From: Sphyrna mokarran
Lineage: Eukaryota
DNA: 64,000 bases
Assembly: GCA_024679065.1 (NCBI GenBank)
Contig: JAGIQG010000004.1
Span: 62,682,001 to 62,746,000 of the forward strand
Direction: 5' to 3'
Shown here: piece after piece, positions 62,791-64,000 of the stretch
Position numbering within the stretch: position 1 is the stretch's first letter
Layout of the letters: each line of letters starts with the position of its first letter
Program-made: the position numbers and the translations under genes
The notes under the pieces: generated by a model
Database searches by the model: none
Seen by the model: the letters and a program-made list of their open reading frames with translations, nothing else
Told to the model about the DNA's origin: nothing

Positions 62791-63381
62791 AACAAAGAAC
62801 AAAGAACAAAGAACAACACAACACGGGAAACAGGCCCTTCGGCCCAACGAGCCCGTGCCGCCATCCTAACGTCTTAATGACATATAGTGACCAATATAGG
62901 GACAATTTGTTACCCAATCAGCCTAAGAGCACATTTTTGGGATGTGGGAGGAAACCGGAGCACCCGGAGAAAACCCACGCAAGCACGAGGAGAATGTGCA
63001 AACTCCCACAGACACAGGCCCAAATTCACGTATCTGCACAGCACAGCGATAGTCACTGAGCTGTCGTGTTGTCCATCAAATGGTCCAGGTCAAGCGTACT
63101 AAGGTACTAAGATAGAAGCACTAAGATACTCTCGAAGAAAAATCCAAGAGCAGCCTTCTCACGACCTATCACGCGTATTCCCCTTGTTAGACAAGAAGGT
63201 GGGCCACATTACCTGTAGGATAAAACAAATACATCAATATCATCGACTATTTACATACTTCCCAGGGAACTCCCAAGGCTCATGGTCCTATTTTAAATTC
63301 GTTTTCTATATCCCTCCATTCCCATTCTGTTCATGCGCCCATCTAAATATCTCAAATAACTCCAGAGTGCCTCCCTCCACC
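62791..63381 (-). mobile_element. Chimeric CR1 3' end + V-SINE element, copy 3
   Basis: (TTCTTTG)n tail, V core, and a linker collinear with 2040-2395. Confidence 0.85.
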
Positions 63382-64000
63382 TCTTAATGGGCCAAACGCA
63401 CGCAATTGGGACTACCTTAGTGGGAAAAACTGAACGGCACGAACAAGTTTCCAAGCTGTAAAGATCTATGATGCTATGATTCTATAAGGAAATGTGGCCG
63501 AAGACAAATATTGAGTTTGTTACTCTTCAGTAAGACTTTTGAAAGATATTCTTGAATGGTTTCTGGGGCAGTATATGGCAAAGCTGACTGTTTATGAGAT
63601 TCCAATACAGACTCAAGTATTCGCCCACACGGACAGTGCAGGCAATGACAATTGCAAAGTGAAGCTCAATTTCAGGATATTCTTACGAATGGCCGACTGT
63701 AAAACAAAATGGATGCGTTGCATCCTATTGGATAGGATCACTGACCATCTTTAGTTAGGCCAAAGGCCAGAAGTGGCAAATGAATGCAAGAACATAATAA
63801 ACATTTGATAGCAATTCAGCAGTGACATATAGCAGAATGAGGAATTGTCAACGTAAATGAGCGCCAACTATCATTCCTGGGTTTTGAAAGAATCTAGACT
63901 ACAGAATCTTTGCGATGTGACCGTTAAGTGTGAGGAACGTAGCCCAAATACATCAGTTAATTGTGCTGTGTCGACCAATTGAGAATAGAACTGATCAATC

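Noticed and set aside
1-64000. CRISPR array or prokaryotic systems
   Set aside because: Recurrent short motifs (ggccgaagggcctg, TTCTATG) are LINE/SINE 3' ends, not regularly spaced repeats; the DNA is vertebrate.

Overview
Vertebrate genomic DNA, most likely a cartilaginous fish (shark), judged from abundant CR1-clade LINEs with (TTCTATG)n tails and V-domain tRNA-SINEs of the HE1 type. Most of the window is retrotransposon-derived. Among the repeats is one apparently intact six-exon gene on the minus strand (46612->16290, 993 nt CDS, 330 aa), which the ORF track shows only in fragments. Its exons encode a leader, an Ig V domain with a germline-fused J-like motif, an Ig C1-set domain, a transmembrane helix, a short linker, and a cytoplasmic tail with an ITIM (LAYAAL) and an ITSM (TDYAAI). 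This is a non-rearranging, antigen-receptor-like VJ-C1 inhibitory receptor; all five introns are GT-AG and the phases are compatible. Other structures: (1) a three-level nested CR1 in the last intron that creates an inverted repeat with ~1.8 kb arms and a 20-nt spacer; (2) an ~840-bp local duplication inserted together with a CR1 3' end; (3) three copies of a chimeric CR1-ORF2/V-SINE retroelement; (4) a REX1/Babar-type LINE with an inverted partial duplicate; (5) palindromic E-boxes in two CR1 5' UTRs. Repeat boundaries were read by eye and are approximate.
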